A stretch of 63,053 nucleotides of DNA, the filler included, from Pelomyxa schiedti (Eukaryota; Protista; Evosea), in assembly GCA_020536535.1 (NCBI GenBank). It is 13 parts of 13 records of this genome, joined end to end, with 100 filler letters (N's around TTAATTAATTAA, not from the genome) between each part and the next. Parts side by side here need not be neighbours in the genome. Positions count along the whole stretch, not along the records: positions 58,364 to 63,053 come from JAHLWZ010000732.1; 12 more parts are not named here. One strand, 5' to 3'. Of the stretch, positions 60,296-63,053 are shown piece after piece (position 1 is the stretch's first letter; the number at the start of each line of letters is the position of its first letter). The notes under the pieces were generated by a model. It was given only the letters and a program-made list of their open reading frames with translations. It was not told the DNA's origin and ran no database searches. A program made the translations under genes and the position numbers.

Positions 60296-61500
60296 ATGAG
60301 TGCGGAAGTCGATGTATCGGGTGAATCTCTGTCGCTTTTTATTAAGTGCCTAATGACCGTCGGGAAGGTGTGCGATGGTGTTTTTACTTGCTAGATTATG
60401 TATTATTCTTACTATTTTTTTTTTGCCTCGTGCACCAGCTGGCCGAGGACCTACAGTTTACCGTCAGTCATGAAGGCATTTCACTTCGCGGCGTGCACCC
60501 TTATCAGACTTGCCATTTCACAATCGACATGATTCCCAGTGCTTTCGATCGTTACGTGATGACTTCAGACGTGCCTGTGGGTACCTACACCTTGAGAGCG
60601 AAGCCAGTCCTTACTGCGTTCAAGAATTACACAAAGGTTGCGACTTGCAACCTTTTCTCAATACTTTTTGTTATTGGACCAACTAACATAATCACTCAGC
60701 TCGTAGATCCAGTGCGTCTCAACTTTTCCCAAGAACTGAAGGTAGATCTGAAACTACGCTACAAGGATGGGCTAAGGTCGAGGCTATCTCTGAACGTACT
60801 TCATTCAGAGGTATACCAAACACACACACCCCTCTTCTGAAACCTTCTCAGCCAGTGACCAGTCCCTCGTCTGATGACTACGCCGTTCGACTGAAATTGT
60901 ACCCACAAGTGCTCCTGAAATCCTTACAGTGGTTTTCTAAAGAAGGAGAGGAAGTTTCTATTGAATTCCGTGCGGAAAGGATTACCATAGACAGGTACAT
61001 ACTTGTGTATACTGTGTCTCATTCCAATGCACAGCTACCTAGGTGATATATCCGCCGAGAAAGCTCAAAAGCTTGTGGCTGGGCACGATACCATTGACTG
61101 TGTTGCAAATGACACTCAGTATTCCAGTCGGGATCCGTCTGTTGGGAGTGTTTCCGTAATTATCCCAGTAAAGGTCTTCTTTCCAGTTTATTCTGGTTTT
61201 TCTCATTGAACGTAGATTTTATGTGCCATTCTTGGTTTTTGTCATAGCATTCAAGTGGAAGTAACGCTTGGAATCGCTGGTGGAGACATGGGGAAGCCAG
61301 TAGTGATATGTGCAAGGAATTCGCGCCTAAGGGCCAGGTTTGTAATTGTTCCTATCTCGGATCATCCCGCCTCCGCTGTTGTAAGTTTTTCCTTTGTTAA
61401 ACCACCCACTGAACCTGCTTTACAGACATCTTCTCCAGAGACAAATAGCTCACCAGGTTCACTTTCCCCAAGGTCCGCAGCCTACAACAGTGATGATTGA
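60296..61500 (+). CDS. RAD9: RAD9 (9-1-1 checkpoint clamp subunit), multi-exon
   Basis: LAEDLQF..GISLRGV..FDRY; KPVLTAFK; LRYKDGLRSRLSL; GKPVVI..FVIVPISD followed by an S/P-rich tail. Confidence 0.72.
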
Positions 61501-61943
61501 CAGCAAGCTACAGCACTTGGCAGATCCGCCCTCTAGAGTGCTTAGTGGTTGCAACTAGGCAAAAACCCACAAGAATGCTCAAAAAAAAAGACTTGCTGAT
61601 TTGAACGTAACAAAGAAAACCATCAACATCCTTGTTCTCGTCGGCTCCATACAACACAGGATAACATAATTATGTTGTGGGTACAATCGCTCATGCTCTT
61701 TTAGAAAAAAAAGGCCTCTTTTTCCAGCATTTTAAGGGAGGGTGAGGGAGTGCCTGAGGATTTTCACGCGATTTTGAACGTGACTGGGAACAGGTTGCAC
61801 GGAGGGATGCTGAAGTAAATCCTGCCAAATGGTCTGTATCAGTNNNNNNNNNNNNNNNNNNNNNNNNNNNNNNNNNNNNNNNNNNNNNNNNNNNNNNNNN
61901 NNNNNNNNNNNNNNNNNNNNNNNNNNNNNNNNNNNNNNNNNNN

Positions 61944-63053
61944 TGCGTCTCAACTTTTCCCAAGAACTGAAGGTAGATCTGAAACTACGCTACAAGGATG
62001 GGCTAAGGTCGAGGCTATCTCTGAACGTACTTCATTCAGAGGTATACCAAACACACACACCCCTTCTCTGAAACCTTCTCAGCCAGTGACCAGTCCCTCG
62101 TCTGATGACTACGCCGTTCGACTGAAATTGTACCCACAAGTGCTCCTAAAATCCTTACAGTGGTTTTCTCAAGAAGGAGAGGAAGTTTCTATTGAATTCA
62201 GTGCGGAAAGGATTACTATAGACAGGTACATACTTGTGTATACTGTGTCTCATTCCAATGCACAGCTACCTAGGTGATATATCCGCCGAGAAAGCTCAAA
62301 AGCTTGTGGCTGGGCACGATACCATTGACTGCGTTGCAAATGACACTCAGTATTCCAGTCGGGATCCGTCTGTTGGGAGTGTTTCCGTAATTGTCCCAGT
62401 AAAGGTCTTCTTCTTTCCCGTTTATTCTGGTTTTTCTCATTGAACGTAGATTTTATGTGCCATTCTTGGTTTTTGTCATAGCATTCAAGTGGAAGTAACG
62501 CTTGGAATCGTTGGTGGAGACATGGGGAAGCCAGTAGTGATATGTGCAAGGAATTCGCGCCTAAGGGCCAGGTTTGTAATTGTAACTATCTCGGATCATC
62601 CCGCCTCCGCTGTTGTAAGTTTTTCCTTTGTTAAACCACCCACTGAACCTGCTTTACAGACATCTTCTCAAGAGACAAATAGCTCACCAGGTTCACTTTC
62701 CCCAAGGTCCGCAGCCTACAACAGTTATGATTGACAGCAAGCTACAGCACCGGGCAGATCCGCCCTCTAGAGTGCTTAGGTTGCAACTAGGCAAAACCCA
62801 CAAGAATGCTCAAAAAAAAAAGACTTGCTGATTTGAACGTAACAAAGAAACCATCAACATCCTTGTTCTCTCCATTATGTTGTGGGCACAATCGCTCCTG
62901 TTCTTTTAGGAAAAAAAAGGCCTCTTTTTCCGTCCAGCATTTTAAGGGAGGGTGAGGGAGTGCCTGAGGATTTTCACGCGATTTTGAACGTGACTGGGAA
63001 CAGGTTGCACGGAGGGATGCTGAAGTAAATCCTGCCAAATGGTCTGTATCAGT
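61944..63053 (+). repeat. Near-identical second copy of the RAD9 3' region (60713-61843), probably an alternative haplotype across a scaffold gap
   Basis: A few SNPs/indels; both copies end at GGTCTGTATCAGT. Confidence 0.85.

Overview
Eukaryotic, intron-rich protist DNA with short canonical GT-AG introns (about 35-60 nt) and very short intergenic spacers. Gene content and the expanded orphan families suggest an anaerobic amoebozoan such as a Pelomyxa-like archamoeba; this is an inference from memory, not a database result. The window is not one locus. It is 13 contigs joined by artificial 100-bp N44-TTAATTAATTAA-N44 linkers, and it also has six internal 100-N scaffold gaps whose flanks are duplicated. 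Recognisable genes: filamin-repeat protein, papain-family protease with a hydrophobic C-terminal tail, PTEN, CEPT/CPT, DEK-like protein, PAC3/PSMG3, signal peptide peptidase, NSE2/MMS21, aspartyl aminopeptidase, MRH-domain proteins, a flavodoxin-domain protein, an LRR-Roc-COR (Roco) protein, a MORN-Ubl-kinase, a P-loop GTPase with a Cys-rich tail, and adjacent RAD1 and RAD9. Accessory content: about 12 copies of an intronless orphan family (A), 3 copies of an ankyrin-like orphan family (B), a Sola2-like DDD transposase with a SAP domain, a decayed hAT-like transposase, a 952-bp MITE and a foldback element. Best leads: (1) an unclassified ~350-nt highly structured RNA with + strand G-U pairs ending in a T-tract (21450-21809); (2) a head-to-head A/B gene pair found on two separate contigs; (3) a transposase ORF ending inside a tRNA-like remnant; (4) an in-frame TAG in an otherwise intact GTPase gene; (5) RAD1-RAD9 clustering. 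Exon boundaries were read by eye and are approximate.
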